64,000 bases of DNA from positions 24,572,881 to 24,636,880 of the forward strand of contig NC_092399.1 of the NCBI RefSeq assembly GCF_030028105.1, in the 5' to 3' direction. The translations under genes and the position numbers were made by a program. Of this stretch, positions 1-12,974 are shown piece by piece. Under the pieces are notes generated by a model. That model worked only from the letters and a program-made list of their open reading frames with translations. It had not been told where the DNA came from and did no database searches. This DNA is from Mobula birostris. Lineage: Eukaryota. Position 1 is the stretch's first letter, and the number at the start of each line of letters is the position of its first letter.

Positions 1-1800
1 GGTCTTTTTACCCTTGCAGTTCCTTAGCTCTATCTACAATGATTCAAAACCCTGTGTCACGTCTTTCAAATGATCTGATTTAATTTTTTACCAACAGAGC
101 AATACTGCCCCCTCTGCCTTCCTGCAAGTTCTTTCGATACAATGTGTATCCTTGGATGTTAAACTCCCAGCTATAATCCTCTTTCCACCATGATTCAGTG
201 ATGCCCTACCAATCTGTAACTGTGCTACAAATTCATCTACCTTATTCCATATACTGCGCTCATTCAAATGTAATACCTTCACACCCTTTCCAATTTTACC
301 CACCTTTTACATTTCAATTCATCCTGTTGACTGGAGTTCTGCCCTATCAATAGCCTCTCCTTCATTTCCTCTGTTTGTAAACCAGCTACCTCACCTTCAG
401 CACTATCATCAGCCTTTTCTGCAAAACTTGCATTGAAATATATGCAACTCAGGAAACTGGTTGCACCTTTCTCAACCTTTTAATTCCTAACATTGTCTGA
501 AGTCCTACGAACACCTGCTCCCACAACATCTCCACTAACTGCTCTGGCACGCTGGTTCCCATCCCCCTGCAACTCTAGTTTAAACCCTACTCTGCAGAAT
601 TAACAAACCTTCCTGCTAGGATACTAGTCCCCCTCCAGTTCACGTACAATCCATCCCTTCTGTGTAGGTCCCACCTTCCCTGGAAGAGAGCCCAATGATC
701 CAAAAATCTTATGCCCTCCGTCCTACACCAACTCCTTAGCCACGTTTTAAACTTCCTGGTTCTGGCCTCGCTAGCACCTGCAGGGTAGCAATCCTGAAAT
801 CACAACCCTGGAGGTCCTACCCTTTAACTCGGCACCTAACTGCCTGAACTCCCTATGCAGAACCTCGTCACTCACCCTACCCACGTCATTAGTACCTACA
901 TGGACTATGACCTCTGACTGTTCACCCTCCCACGTAAGAATGCTGATGACTCGAGCCGAGATGTCCCAGACCATGGCACTCAGAGGTAACATACCATCCA
1001 GAAATCTCATTCTCGCCCACAGTACCTCCTGTCTTTTCCTCTTATTAACGAATCCCCTATCACCACGATATGTCTTTTCTCTACCCCTTCCCTTCTGAGT
1101 CACAGAGTCAGACTCAGTGCCAAAGATCTGAGCTCTGTGATTTTCCTCCCTTAGGTCGTTACCCCCCATCCCCAACAGTATCCAAAGTGATATACTTGTT
1201 GTTGAGGGGGATGGCCACAGAGGTACCCTGCACTGGCTCCTTAACCCCTTTCCCCTTTCTGACTGTCACCCAGCTTCCTGTGTCCTGCACCTTGGGTGTA
1301 ACTACCTCTCTATATGTCCTATCTATCACCCCTTCAGCCTCCCAAATGATCCGGAGTTCATCCAGTTCCAGCTCTAACTTCTCAGCGCGAATTATTAGAA
1401 GCTGCAGCTGGATGCACTTCTCGCAGCCATAGTGGTCTGGGACACTGGAGTTCTCCTGGCCTTCCCACATCCCGCAAGAGGGGCATGCCATTATCCTGCC
1501 TAGCAACACTACTGTCCTAACTGAGCAGATATAAAGAAGTCAAGGAGAAAAAAAAACTTGAAGCTTTTCTTATATTTTGCTTTCTCTGACTGAAGTCTCT
1601 CTTCACCGAAGCCTCGACGAGCTGAAGTTTCAAGATCACCACTCAGATGATGTCCACTGCAATGATGGCCACCATGCTTGCCTCTGCCTTTCTTTAATTT
1701 GCTCTTGCTAATCAATCTCAAATGTGGATTGGTCGCCAGTCAAAGCTCTATTATGCTGCCCCATTGCTCTCTTTTTCTACTCAGGCGGTGGATGTTAGTG
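1..1800 (-). mobile_element. CR1-clade LINE, 5' portion (5'UTR, zinc-finger/SGNH-esterase ORF1, start of ORF2 AP endonuclease), degraded
   Basis: ORF 1159-1509 has CPSCGMW...CEKCIQLQLL; ORF 771-1175 has the esterase motif VIVHVGTNDVGR...VVISGLLP; ORF 88-303 has LHLNERSIWNKVDEF, resembling the endonuclease N-terminus. Confidence 0.85.
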
Positions 1801-2244
1801 AAATCCCCTCCTCTCAAACTTCCAATGTCTGGATTAATCACTGGTCACTATATATACTTACTGGAATTCACAGTTTCTGTTATTATGCAGCATTGTGCTG
1901 CTGCCACACAACAACAAATTCCACGACACATGCCGTGATATTAAGCCTGATTCTGATTCTGAAATTGAGAAAAATCTGCAGATGGATCTGATGTAAAGGG
2001 TTCCAGGACTGAAACATTGACTGTTACCGTTTCTACGGATGCTGCCTGACCTGCTGGATGAAAATATTTCCTGTTTTCATCTTAAATTTGTTTACGCACC
2101 ATTGATGTGTAAGTCAAAATATCAGTGCACCTTATTGTTCTAATCTCAACATACTTCCTCATTTCGGCCAATTGAAATCATGCCGGCTCAGCAATCCCTT
2201 TCCCCACTGTTTCACTGTAACCTATGCCCTCCAAGTTCTATCAC

Positions 2245-3165
2245 TCAGAGGGGAAGAAGCTGTTCCTGAATCGCTGAGTGTGTGCCTTCAGGCTTCTGTA
2301 CCTCCTACCTGATGGTAACAGTGAGAAAATGGCATGCCCTGGGTGCTGGAGGTCCTTAATAATGGACGCTGCCTTTCTGAGACACCGCTCCCTAAAGATG
2401 TTCTGGGTACTTTGTAGGCTAGTACCCAAGACAGAGCTGACTAAATTTATAACCTTCAGTCACTTTCAGTCCTGTGCAGTAGCCCCTCCATACCAGACAG
2501 TGATGCAGCCTGTCAGAATGCTCTCCACGGCGCAACTATAGAAGTTTTTGAGTGTATTAGTTGACATTCCAATTCTCTTCAAACTCCTAATAAAGTATAG
2601 CTGCTGTCTTGCCTTCTTTATAGCTACATTGATATGTTGAGACCTGGTTAGAACCTCAGAGATCAGAAAAACTGTTCACTTTCTCCACTTCTGATCTATG
2701 AGGATTGGTATGTGTTCCTTCGTCTTACCCTTCCTGAAGTCCACAATCAGCTCTTTCTTCTTACTGATGTTGAGTGCCAGATTGTTGCTCCAGCGCCACT
2801 ACACTAGTTGGCATATCTCACTCCTGTACGCCCGCTCATCACCACCTGCGATTCTACCAACAATGGTTGTGTCGTCAGCAAATTTAAAGATGGTGTTTGA
2901 GTTATTCCTAGCTACACAGTCATGTGTAAATAGAGAGTAGAGCAGTGGGCTAAGCACACACCCCTGAGGTGCGCCAGTGTTGATCGTCAGTGAGGAGGAT
3001 ATGTTATCACCAATCTGCACAGATTGTGGTCTTCTGGTTAGGAAGTTGAGGATCCAATTGCAGAGGGAGGTACAGAGGCCCAGGTTCTGTAACTTCTCAA
3101 TCAGGGTTGTGGGAATGATGGCATTAAATGCTGAGCTATAGTCGATGAACAACATCCTGACGTAA
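2245..3165 (-). mobile_element. Rex1/Babar-type LINE reverse transcriptase fragment
   Basis: [34 protein letters not shown] and KFADDTT RT motifs; C-terminal LLPSGRRYRSL...FRNSFFPS. Confidence 0.9.
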
Positions 3166-3454
3166 CTGGCCACTCTAGGAACTCAGATGTATCTCCTCTC
3201 GCGGCTCCAGTTCTCTTCCAACCTCATGCCACAACCTTGATTTTAAGCTTTTGGCCTTTCTCAATTCAGCAGGCAAGTCACTGTGCACTAAACTGGCATT
3301 CCATTTGACAAAGGAAAATAATCAGAGAATTTTTGAATCACAGAGTAAAGGTCACAGGTTGCTGGGGTCCGGATTATATTTATGGCAGATGAATTTATGC
3401 TCTTAAAATGCTACTCCTTTGCAGGTGGTGCTATTCAACAGATGGGCCTCATAA

Positions 3455-3718
3455 CAACATGCACAAAGTGCTGAAGGAGCTTGGCAGGTTCGCCTGGTCT
3501 GCTGAGTTCCTCCAGCATTTTGTGCGTGTTGCTCGGATTTCCAGCATCTGCAGATTTTAAAAACGCAAACACGAGGAATTCTGCAGATGCTGGAAATTCA
3601 AGCAACACACATCAAAGTTGCTGGTGAACGCAGCAGGCCAGGCAGCATCAATAGGAAGAGGTACAGTCGACGTTTCGGGCTGAGACCCTTCGTCATCTGC
3701 AGATTTTCTCTTGTTTGA
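3455..3718. mobile_element. Penelope pseudo-LTR fragments; a younger solo pLTR (3559-3693) is nested in an older one
   Basis: Same ctgcagatgctggaa...gaaacgtcgac sequence as the termini of the Penelope copies at 29216 and 34411; 14-bp direct repeat catctgcagatttt at 3545-3558 and 3694-3707. Confidence 0.75.
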
Positions 3719-3961
3719 GATGGGCCTCAGAGACTCCTTTTGTTAATTCTTAACAACAACCATAAAAGCTCTGTTGCCGAGACCTCTACCACTCACCTTA
3801 ATATTGCACCTCTATAATTAAATTCAGTTGAATATTTGTAACAAGGAAATGTTTTAATTAATGATACAAGATATGAAATGGAAACATTTCCATTGGATGT
3901 CTTTAATCAGAGATCAAAGTGAGCAGCATGCAGGAGTCTTTCGTAAGACAAGGAAACAGTA

Positions 3962-4715
3962 AGATGTTGTGTACATACATCTATTGATGCTTCTGGACAC
4001 ATCTTCAGTGATGTTCCTGGAATCTTCCGGTGTTTCGGGTCTTTCAACATCATACAACCTCCTCCAGGTGACCCAGCCGGGGCTGATCAGACCCCAGCTT
4101 GTGTCCAGATGGCTAGCTACTTATGACTCCATGGCTCCCCTCTTTTGAGCCACAGCCATCTTGAGGCCCCCTCTGTCACATCGGTGGTACTGCGGATGGC
4201 TCTCCTCTTCCTCTCTCCCTCGATGCCCAAAATGCTGAAAGCTCTAACTAAAGAATGGGCTACGAATCCCCTACAACCAACCTCCACTGGGAGACACCTT
4301 GCTCTCTATCCAGCCTGCTGACAGTTGCTGACCAGTCCTGCGTACTTGGAGAGCTTCCTTTCAAAGGCCTCCTCTAAGCTATCTTCCCATGGGACTGTCA
4401 GCTCCAGCAGCACCACTTGCTTAGTAGACTCAGACACTAGGACAATGTCTGGTCGCAGGGTGGTGGCTGCAATATGGTTGGGGAAATTCAGCTGCCCTTC
4501 GAGGTCCACCAACAGCTGCCAGTCCCTTGCAGAGGTCAGAATGCCTGCAGATGTTCTTTTGGCAGGTATTGGCTGCTCCCCAGCTCTGACAAAGGCAATG
4601 GTCTGCTTGGAGGGTCGGGACCTCTTCGCCCACTCAACTCCTGCGCTGACGGCTTCAGCGATGGTCTTCAGGACCTGATCATGCCTCCACCTGTACCGTC
4701 GATAAAGACTACTGG
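3962..4715 (-). mobile_element. Hero/R2-group non-LTR retrotransposon 3' end (restriction-like endonuclease domain)
   Basis: RYRWRHDQVL...LRPDIVLVS...LLELTVPWE...ERKLSKY motifs in ORF 4306-4740, continuing as PVEVGCRGF past a stop codon. Confidence 0.85.
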
Positions 4716-5252
4716 TAGTTAAGAAATCATGATGAAGCAAGGCATTAAATTACAATATGCATGGTAATTAATGCTCTGCCTTGTTGGAGCCGAGGAAGGC
4801 AAGGGCAAAGATTCATCCGAATGATACAAGTAATGAGACTTTCTAGTTTTGAAGAAAGTCTCAGGTCTGTGCTCTTTTTTTTGAATGGAAGAGAAATTCT
4901 CAGGATAGAAGATTGTCTCTATTGGTAACTGAAATGGTAATAAGGCAAGGAAAGATCTGGACTTAACAATGAATCTATAAAGGAGAAGACATACTGATTT
5001 TACACTCAGAGCCTTATTACAACATTCCAGTTAGAGATTTCCCAGCTCTCGTTTAATTCTTGGTTACAACCGACGGCAAGTCAGAGTGCACACTGAGGAA
5101 AAGGAAGGAAACCAGACAAGTTACTCATAAAACTTTATACCCTAATCATTTTAATTTTCCTGTCTCAGAACAACTGATGAAGCCAGCCACAGGCACAGAA
5201 AAGCTTAATCTAGAACAGAGGTTCGCAACAGAGCAGGGCAGAAATGGGACTC

Positions 5253-5908
5253 GCTCTCAGGGCCTCATGACCAACCGCTTTTCGATATGCCAAGGATGTG
5301 GCCTGGAAGACTAGTTCAGGGTGCCAGACTTTTCTGGCTCTGGAGACGGGCTGATTCGAGGCTGTTGCCACCGAATGATGTGTCGTGGGAGTACACAGAA
5401 TATCGAAAGCAGTGAGCTGGCTGCTGGCTGTGTGCCCAGAGATCCGCGTTCTTTGGGCACAGAGCTTGGAAAAAGCAACGCAACTGACTTTTAGCAACTT
5501 AAATCAGAAAGTTGTTTTGTTATGTCTCTCCTCTCACTGAGAAATGGGGACACCTCTTTTTCCCTTATTAGGGAGAGAGAGAGCCTGTGGTATGTCGGAA
5601 TATTGGGTGAATGAGTAGTCTTTGGGGTACTGCAAATCGATGTCTTTATTGATGCTTTGCTGCATGCGTGAGTTCTCCATTGGGGCTGCTGATGCTTGTT
5701 TGCTGGTGGGGGAGGGGGTCGTTGCTTTGCTGCTGCTTATGCATGGGAGGGGCGAGCTGGGGAGAGTTTGGGGTTCTAATGTTCAACTGTCAATCATTCT
5801 TTGGGTCACTCCTCTGTTTTTGCGGATGGTTGCGAAGAAAAAGAATTTCAGGATGTATATTGTATACATTTCTCTGACATTAAATGTATCTATTGAAGCC
5901 TATTGAAC
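5253..5908 (+). repeat. Non-autonomous retroposon with Rex1-like 3' tail
   Basis: Ends aagaatttcaggatgtatattgtatac...gacattaaatg, similar to the Rex1 tail at 54830-54900; no coding capacity. Confidence 0.5.
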
Positions 5909-6388
5909 CTAGGGTCCATGAATTTGGTCTATGGTATGAAAAAAGGTTGAGAATCCTTCATCTACCATCATTTACCACACTTAGCTACTAAGGCAATGAC
6001 TATAATCTTTACAAAAGAGAAACCTGATCCACATTCAAAATCATGATTACAAGCTCACATATACATGTTGTTTAATTTACAAGCTTTGAATATGTTCAAC
6101 AATAAATCCAAGACTATCTGAGCCACTATAGAAAATTTCAATAACACTGCCACTAAAACCATTCCAGGAGTACCAACAAGAAATAACATAACTCTAAAAT
6201 GACATGCTGCGATTTGATTAAAGTCTTCAACATAATTGGAGATATGATAGATAATACAGTGAAAAGTTCAATCCATTGGTTGGGTAGTCTCGAAGTAGCA
6301 AGTACAGCTTAAAATTAGAGGCAGGCCTTTCAGAAGTGACATTGGCAATCACTTCCGTGCATTGAGGGTGAGAGATTTTGGAAATAAC

Positions 6389-6984
6389 AGAGGTGGCCAA
6401 CCTATGACGTATGTGCCCAAGATGGCACATGCAAAATTGTGTTTGCACATGGCATGCAGTGCTGCACCCACATCCATAATAAAAAGAAACATAATGATTA
6501 TCTTTACTGCTAAATGAAACAGCAAATAATATTTTACAACATGAGAGCAGTGAGATGTTTTCACAGGGAATATCTCATCCTGACTTGGTGCCAGCTATAT
6601 GGTTGTGAGAACATAGGACATTTGATGATATGTTTTGAAATCCACGCAGACTTGGTGCACACATCAATATTTAGATAATAAACAGTTACAGTAACACTAC
6701 TGTTTAGAAATTATATTATTTTTCAATTGCCTTTTTAACGGATTAATGTTAATAACTTTTGTACAATTCATTTATTTCAGTCTCTGTTATACATTTATTA
6801 ACAGCAAAACAATGAGAACACATAAATAAGCAACAGAAATCCCTTTTCCATAAAAAGAGTTCATAATTATTGTTACTAATTCAGCAATCAATGATAATCT
6901 CTGCTCAAAATTACCATGGCTTGCAAGAGGATTTTTTTTCAGATGATTATCACTAATTTGGGCATAAACATTCGCCACCCTTAT
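6389..6984. mobile_element. hAT/Charlie-like non-autonomous DNA transposon (degraded)
   Basis: Imperfect TIRs cagaggtggccaacct ... acattcgccaccct; AT-rich non-coding interior. Confidence 0.5.
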
Positions 6985-7954
6985 GATAGAATGCTAATTT
7001 CATATTTCAGATCAGCATATTTCTGGTATAAACGCAGTAAGAGATGTGAGGAAAAGTGAGTTACCTGGAGTTATCCCACAGATTGATGAATGGAAGAACA
7101 GGATTGAGGTCCCAATTCATCTGTGCCCACAAGAGCAGGGCTATGTGGTTCTCACACTTAGAGATTTTCTGCAGAACTCATGTCAGGATTGTGAGCACTT
7201 GCCAGTTGGCCCTCAAGAAGCTCAAACACAGCTCAAGAGAAAGATTCTCTGCTTTTTAGTGCCATCAGCAATGGATTCAATACATCAAGGAACTATGACC
7301 AGAGAAAGTTCTATCTATAAAAGTAATTTACATTTATATAGTTTATCTTGCATTGTAAGATGTCCCATGATGCTTCACTGGAAGGTCAGCAGATTAAAAA
7401 AGAAACCAAATCAAAGGAGGCACTGGTAACGTTGGGCCACTTTTTAGGCAAGAATGTAGGTTTTAGGAAGCACCTTGAATGAGGAGAGAGAAAAGAGGAA
7501 AAAAAGGTTAGCACCAGGAAATGTTCATGGATAGTTCATCCTATAAAATGGCTTTTACACATTTATTTATTTTAATTATTTAGTTACAGAGCAGAGAGTA
7601 GGCCCTCCCAGCCCTTCAAATCACGCCGCCCCAGAATGGCACCAGAATTGAATTCTGAACTCTGGAATGCCCTGTGCCAAAATAGCATTAAGCTAGCCAT
7701 GACATTAGCATGGTGGCTATCTATTGTCCATCCTTCTGCCAAGGCTTTGCTCAGACCACCAGTTTCAAACACATTATCTCCTCTTGGTACTCCCCAGGTG
7801 CTGACGGACGGGATATTTCTTGCATTTCCCTTTTTGAGCCCTTTGAAGCTACACTATCGATTGCACATTTACACTCACAGATACTGCCTAGCTATTCTTT
7901 TTATTTCAAGTGAAGCAACCGCCTCCCTGGAAAGCAAAGTTTGCAAGGTTGTGG

Positions 7955-8235
7955 AATGGACAGTAACAGGGTTAGCGTAACCCTGTTGCAGCTCAGGGCA
8001 CCAGAGTTCGGAGTTCGATTCTGAGTCCATCTGTAAGGAGTTTGTATGTTCTCCCTGTGACTGTGTGCATTTCCCCCGGGTGCTCCAATTCCCACCCACA
8101 GACCAAGGATGTACCAGTTGGTAGGTTAATTGGTCATTGTAAATTGTCCTGTGATTAGGCTGGTGTTAAATAGGTGGGTTGCTGGACAGTGTGGCTCTTT
8201 GGACCAGAAGGGCTTGTTTGATGCGGTATCTCTGA
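7955..8235 (+). repeat. V-SINE (HE1-like tRNA-derived SINE)
   Basis: B-box-like gttcgattc followed by V domain gagtttgtatgttctccctgtg...cgggtgctccaattcccacccaca. Confidence 0.75.
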
Positions 8236-8243
8236 ATATTTAT

Positions 8244-8545
8244 AGGCATCCGTTAGTCTCATGAGACCATGGATTTGCGCCTTGGAAGGTTTCCAGGGCG
8301 CAGACCTGGGCAAGGTTGTATGGAAGACCAACAGTTGCCCATGCTGCAAGTCTCCCCTCTCCACGCCACCGATGTTATCCAAAGGAGGGGCATTAGGACC
8401 CATACAGCTTGGCACCGGTGTCGTCGCAGAGCAATGTGTGGTTAAGTGCCTTGCTCAAGGCCACAACACGTTACCTTAGCCAAGGCTCGAACTAGCAACC
8501 TTCAAATAACTAGACGAATGCCTTAACCACTTGGCCATGCACCAA
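8244..8545 (-). repeat. tRNA-CORE SINE with RTE-like tail, copy 1
   Basis: Closely similar to 16550-16862 and 51280-51580; A box tggccaagtgg, B box gttcgagcc, CORE-like gtccttgagcaaggcacttaacc. Confidence 0.8.
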
Positions 8546-9049
8546 TATAATTAAAATAGATTAAAGCTTAGAACATAAATCATCACAGGCCCCTTGGCCC
8601 ATGATGTTGTGCTGATCTTTTAACTTACTCTAAGATCAATATAACAATTAACTCTCCAACATACTGACTAAAAAAAAACTCTCAGATTCCTATGTAATAG
8701 TGCAAGTAAATTATCTTTGAATTATCAGGGCAATTGCAAGGTGTGTTGCTTAATTACGTATCTCTATGTCTCCCACTGATGAAGTTACTCCCTCTCTTCT
8801 GCAGTTTGGAATGATTACACACACCGAACGCGGTATCAGTTGAAATCTAGAAAAACAAAACCAGAAAAGTTGGCTGCCCACTGTCAATGTGTGGATGTTA
8901 CCACTGGCGTGATGTATTTTCCTTGAGATGCCAATAACTTTATAAAACTCATAGTACTCATCCAGCACCATGGAGGCAAGGGGAGGGGATGGTGGATGAG
9001 TGCATCTGCAGGGATGGAGACTAGTTTCGGTTATGCAACTCAGTTTGAG

Positions 9050-9375
9050 TCAAACCATGGCAGAACCATAGCTTCACAGACACAGTAATCTGGGTTCAGT
9101 CCCGACCTCTGGTGCTGTCTGTGGTGCAGTTCACATGTTCTCCCTACAGCTACGTGGAGTTCATCCGAGTTCCCTGGTTTCCTCTCTTATTCCAGACATG
9201 AAGGTTGATAGGTTAATTGATTACTAGAAATTGCTCCTGGTGTGTTGGTGAGCAGTAGCATCTGGGGTGGGAGGGGGGTGTTGAATATATGTGGGGTGAA
9301 TAAAAGAAAATGCAGATTTAATATAAGTGGGTGGTTGATGGGCCAAGCTGCCTGCTTTGGCGTTGGATTACTCTA
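9050..9375 (+). repeat. V-SINE, degraded
   Basis: gggttcagtccc B-box-like motif plus V domain gttcacatgttctccct...ggtttcctctc. Confidence 0.65.
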
Positions 9376-10629
9376 CAACCTGATGGTAAGGTATGAAAAG
9401 TGAAAATTTAGTATTTCTAAAAAAAACAATTAGTTAATCTAAGGGTGGTACTGGGGAATGAGCTGAATATGGGCAGGTTAATATAGAGGAGACAGACTTA
9501 GTGTCCCAAATCACATACTTAATGAAATGGCACTTATAGGGAGATATATCAATGTAATGTACAATTCAGCAATGGCATAGAGAAATATGAATTAGTCCTT
9601 TAGGATAAGATAGGCTTAAGTCAGGCTTATATTAAACTGACACTCCTTGCTTCAAACACGTTTTCCAAAGCAGCCATAAGAAATATTATAGAAGGGGAAC
9701 TAGGTGAAGCCATATAAATATGTAATTATAATCAGAATTGCAAGCTGCCAATCTAAAAGATTTAGTGATTGTTGCCAATCTAAAAGATTTAGCGATTGTT
9801 TCTATAAATGGGATATATTACATAAGTTACAATGAAGTCCTTTGGCTGGATTTTGAATTGGGACTGGTCTAATGGTGGAGACAAATATTCAAGAATAAAT
9901 CACCATTCCTTTTACGGAAAAGATTAGCATTTTATTAACCTTCACGGCATCTGTATTAAACAAAAGGATCCATTGACGTGCATTCAATAAATGATCTGGC
10001 ATCACCCCTTGCTCAGCTAAGTGTGGAAATCTGGCACTTGCATGTTAGATTTGTGGTGCCCCTTTTCAATCTTCAGTACACCGGTAGAAATGTAAACCAC
10101 TGCAGATGCTAAAGAGGGAGCATGAAAAAAATGGGAACACCTTGCTGGTCGGGCAGCATCAGTGGAGAGACAACAGAGCCAGATGTGTCAGGTTGCTGTC
10201 TCGATCACCTCCACCTCTCTCAGCTAAATCTAGAGGCAGTCTTGGCTTTAATATGATTAGAAATGATAGTGTTCAAAGAAAATCAGATAATACTGTCCTT
10301 GGTATTTCCGCATGGTTCTGGAGGTGTAAGTGTTCATTCCTGATGACTTTGAAACAGTCTCGGAGAACTGGAAAAATCCACCAACACTGTAAACACATAA
10401 GTAATGACTGAAATTCATTTAGAAAACACTTCAGGGATCGGGTACCAGGAGACTAACCTGTGAGTTTGAGCTCACGGTACTCCACCAGGCAGGGAATTCT
10501 AATTTCATGCCTGCACCAATACACCAGTTATTTTTCTCGTATTTCGGAATGAAAGAGAGAGTAGGTATTCAGCTCAATGAGCGACAGCCACCCAGCAGAA
10601 AAACCCATTCCCTTACTGATTACGACAAG

Positions 10630-10768
10630 AGACAATCTGCAGATGCTGGAATTGCAAGCAACGCACACAAATTCCTGGAGGAACTCAGCAGGCCAGGCAG
10701 CATCTATAGAAAAGAGTACAGTTGACATTTCGGGCCGAGAACCTTCATCAGGACTGGAGAAAAAAAGA
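10630..10768 (-). mobile_element. Solo Penelope pseudo-LTR with degenerate hammerhead motif
   Basis: Reverse complement contains cagtcctgatgaaggttctcggcccgaaatgtcaactg. Confidence 0.75.
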
Positions 10769-10852
10769 ACTGATTACCCTGCAACCCACTCCCCCACTAT
10801 CCTAAATACAACAAATTCTGCAGATACTGGAAATCAAGAGCAAAACTTGATG

Positions 10853-11393
10853 GGAGGAGGAGGAGAAGATGGCGGCGCGATGCAGCGTGCAGCGGCCACT
10901 CCGGTGAATGATATCTGTTATTTGTCACGTAGGGTACTGTGCACAATCCTGATTTGATGGAAACAGACATGAGAGCACGGAGGAACATCTGGAGAAACTT
11001 CTGAAATGCCTTCTTTGCTGCCGCTGCTACTGTGTGGTCCGGAATCTCCGGAGGAGGAGGCCCCGACTCCTCGGCTTTGCTTGTTGCTCGGTGGCCAGGG
11101 TGGAATCAAAGCGCTCGGCAGAGATGGTGCTCGGTGCTCGGTGTCGGAGGGCTGGTCGGAGGCTCGAAGTTTTCAGACGGACTCAGAGTCAGCTGTGGTA
11201 GGGTGCTTCCAATGCACCAGCAGTTGTCGGCACCTGGAGGTTTATGGCAGGGAGCGTTTCTCCCTTTTGCCGCCTGCTATTGGGACTATCGGGAGTCGAT
11301 CGGAACTTTAGACTTTTTTTTACCATACCCATGGTCTGCTCTTTATCAAATTCTGGTATTGCTTTGCACTGTTGTAACTATATGTTATAATAA
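10853..11393 (+). repeat. GC-rich non-autonomous retroposon family (5' ggaggagaagatggcg), copy 1, truncated by Tigger
   Basis: Homologous to 12975-13474, 39850-40270 and 44162-44780. Confidence 0.8.
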
Positions 11394-12972
11394 CAGGTTT
11401 CCCCCGCCATCCGAAGGTAGAGCGTTCTTATGAAATGGTTCGTAAGCCGAAATGTCGTAAAGCGAAGAAGCAATTACCATTTATTTATATGGGAAAATTT
11501 TGTGAGCGTTCACAGACCCAAAAATAACCTACCAAATCATGCCAAATAACACATAAAACCTAAAATAACAGTAACATATAGTAAAAGCAGGAATGATATG
11601 ATAAATACACAGCCTATATAAAGTAGAAATACTTCTCTACAATGATTGCCTGCACAGATCTCTGTAGCGAAAATCTCATGCAAGCGCTGTTGGCATAAAC
11701 GCGCTCTCCAGTAACCTTTAAACTATGAAGCTGCCAAATCTACCAAATAATACATAAAATACACAGCCTATATAAAGTAGAAATAATGTATGTACAGTGT
11801 AGTATCACTTATGGGAATTGGGAAGACATTGCACACACTGATGATGGTGTGTTAGACTGAGTCGTCGCAGGTTGGAGTGGTGCAGTGGCCCCCACCCTCC
11901 AGGCCGCCGACTGATACTTTGCCGTGAAGCATGCAGGGGTAGCCGGTAGGCACACAGCACATCTATAAGAAAGAAGCCAAAATAAACATACAATTAATTA
12001 GATTCTGTCCGGCACGTAAATGTCGGCGCAGATCAGAGGCGATTGCCGATTGCATCAGCACTGATCTGGGCCGACAATTACGTGCTAGGCGGCACCTAAT
12101 TGACTAGCATGTTTATTTTGGCTTTTTTCTTAAAGATGAGCTGTGTGCCTCCCGGCTACTGCTGCATTCTCCGCGAATCGGTACAGTATCTGTCCGGGGC
12201 CCGGGGGTTGGGGTGGTGGGACATGGGGGTGTCATCTCATCGTCGATCAGGGCAGGTAGCTCATCTTCTCTTATGACTGCCTGCCTCGATGTCGAAGGTC
12301 GAGGTTCGTCGTCTGCTGTGGCTGATGTGGAAGGCTTGCTTGACTGTTGAGCCTCACGCATTTTTCTATCACACAGTTCTTTGTAAGGACTCAAAACATC
12401 CTGCAAATATCCCCTAAACCTATGTACCTTTTCAAAATTAAAGTCGTACTTTATCATTGCAGCGAAAATCTCACGCAGTTGCTTCACGTTCAGTTCCTGG
12501 ACGACTTCACTTTCGCTACTGCATTCGGTTTCGATTGTTATCCTTTCCTCTTCCAATTGCATCAGCTCTTCATCTGTCAGTTCTTGGTCATGGGATGCCA
12601 AAACCTCTTCAACATCATCTTTGTCAGCTTTCACAAGCCAAACTCACTTTGTCCTTGCTTCGTTCACCACGATTGAAACACTTAATTATGTCTAGTTTTA
12701 CGCTAAGTGTAACACCCTTACGAGCTCTTTCAGGCTTTTCCGACACCTTAGAACTCATCTTGCAAACGGCTGCTCACAGGCTCGTGTTTAAGCAATGCCA
12801 TTCCGAATCCGGGTGAGAGCGGCTGCTCGGGGTGTGCGCTGCCTTTTATCGTGCGCTGCCTTTCTTTGTAACAGTGAAAACACCTTCTGAAAGCAAAAAC
12901 AGGGTACTAATGTAGGTCTTTCGTAACAGTGAGGTTTCATAAAGCGAACATTCAAAAAGCGGGGGACACCTG
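11394..12972 (-). mobile_element. Tigger/pogo DNA transposon, internally deleted (CENP-B-type N-terminus joined to TIGD1-like C-terminus, DDE domain missing)
   Basis: TIRs caggtttcccccgc / gcgggggacacctg with TA at 12973-12974; ORF 12113-12634 DDVEEVLASHDQELTDEELMQLEE...LSPYKELC; N-terminus MSSKVSEKPERARKGVTLSVKLDIIK near 12758. Confidence 0.85.
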
Positions 12973-12974
12973 TA

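Noticed and set aside
11006-11433. 100-150 aa ORFs recurring in the GC-rich repeat family
   Set aside because: Frames differ between copies and no domain is recognisable; GC-rich chance ORFs
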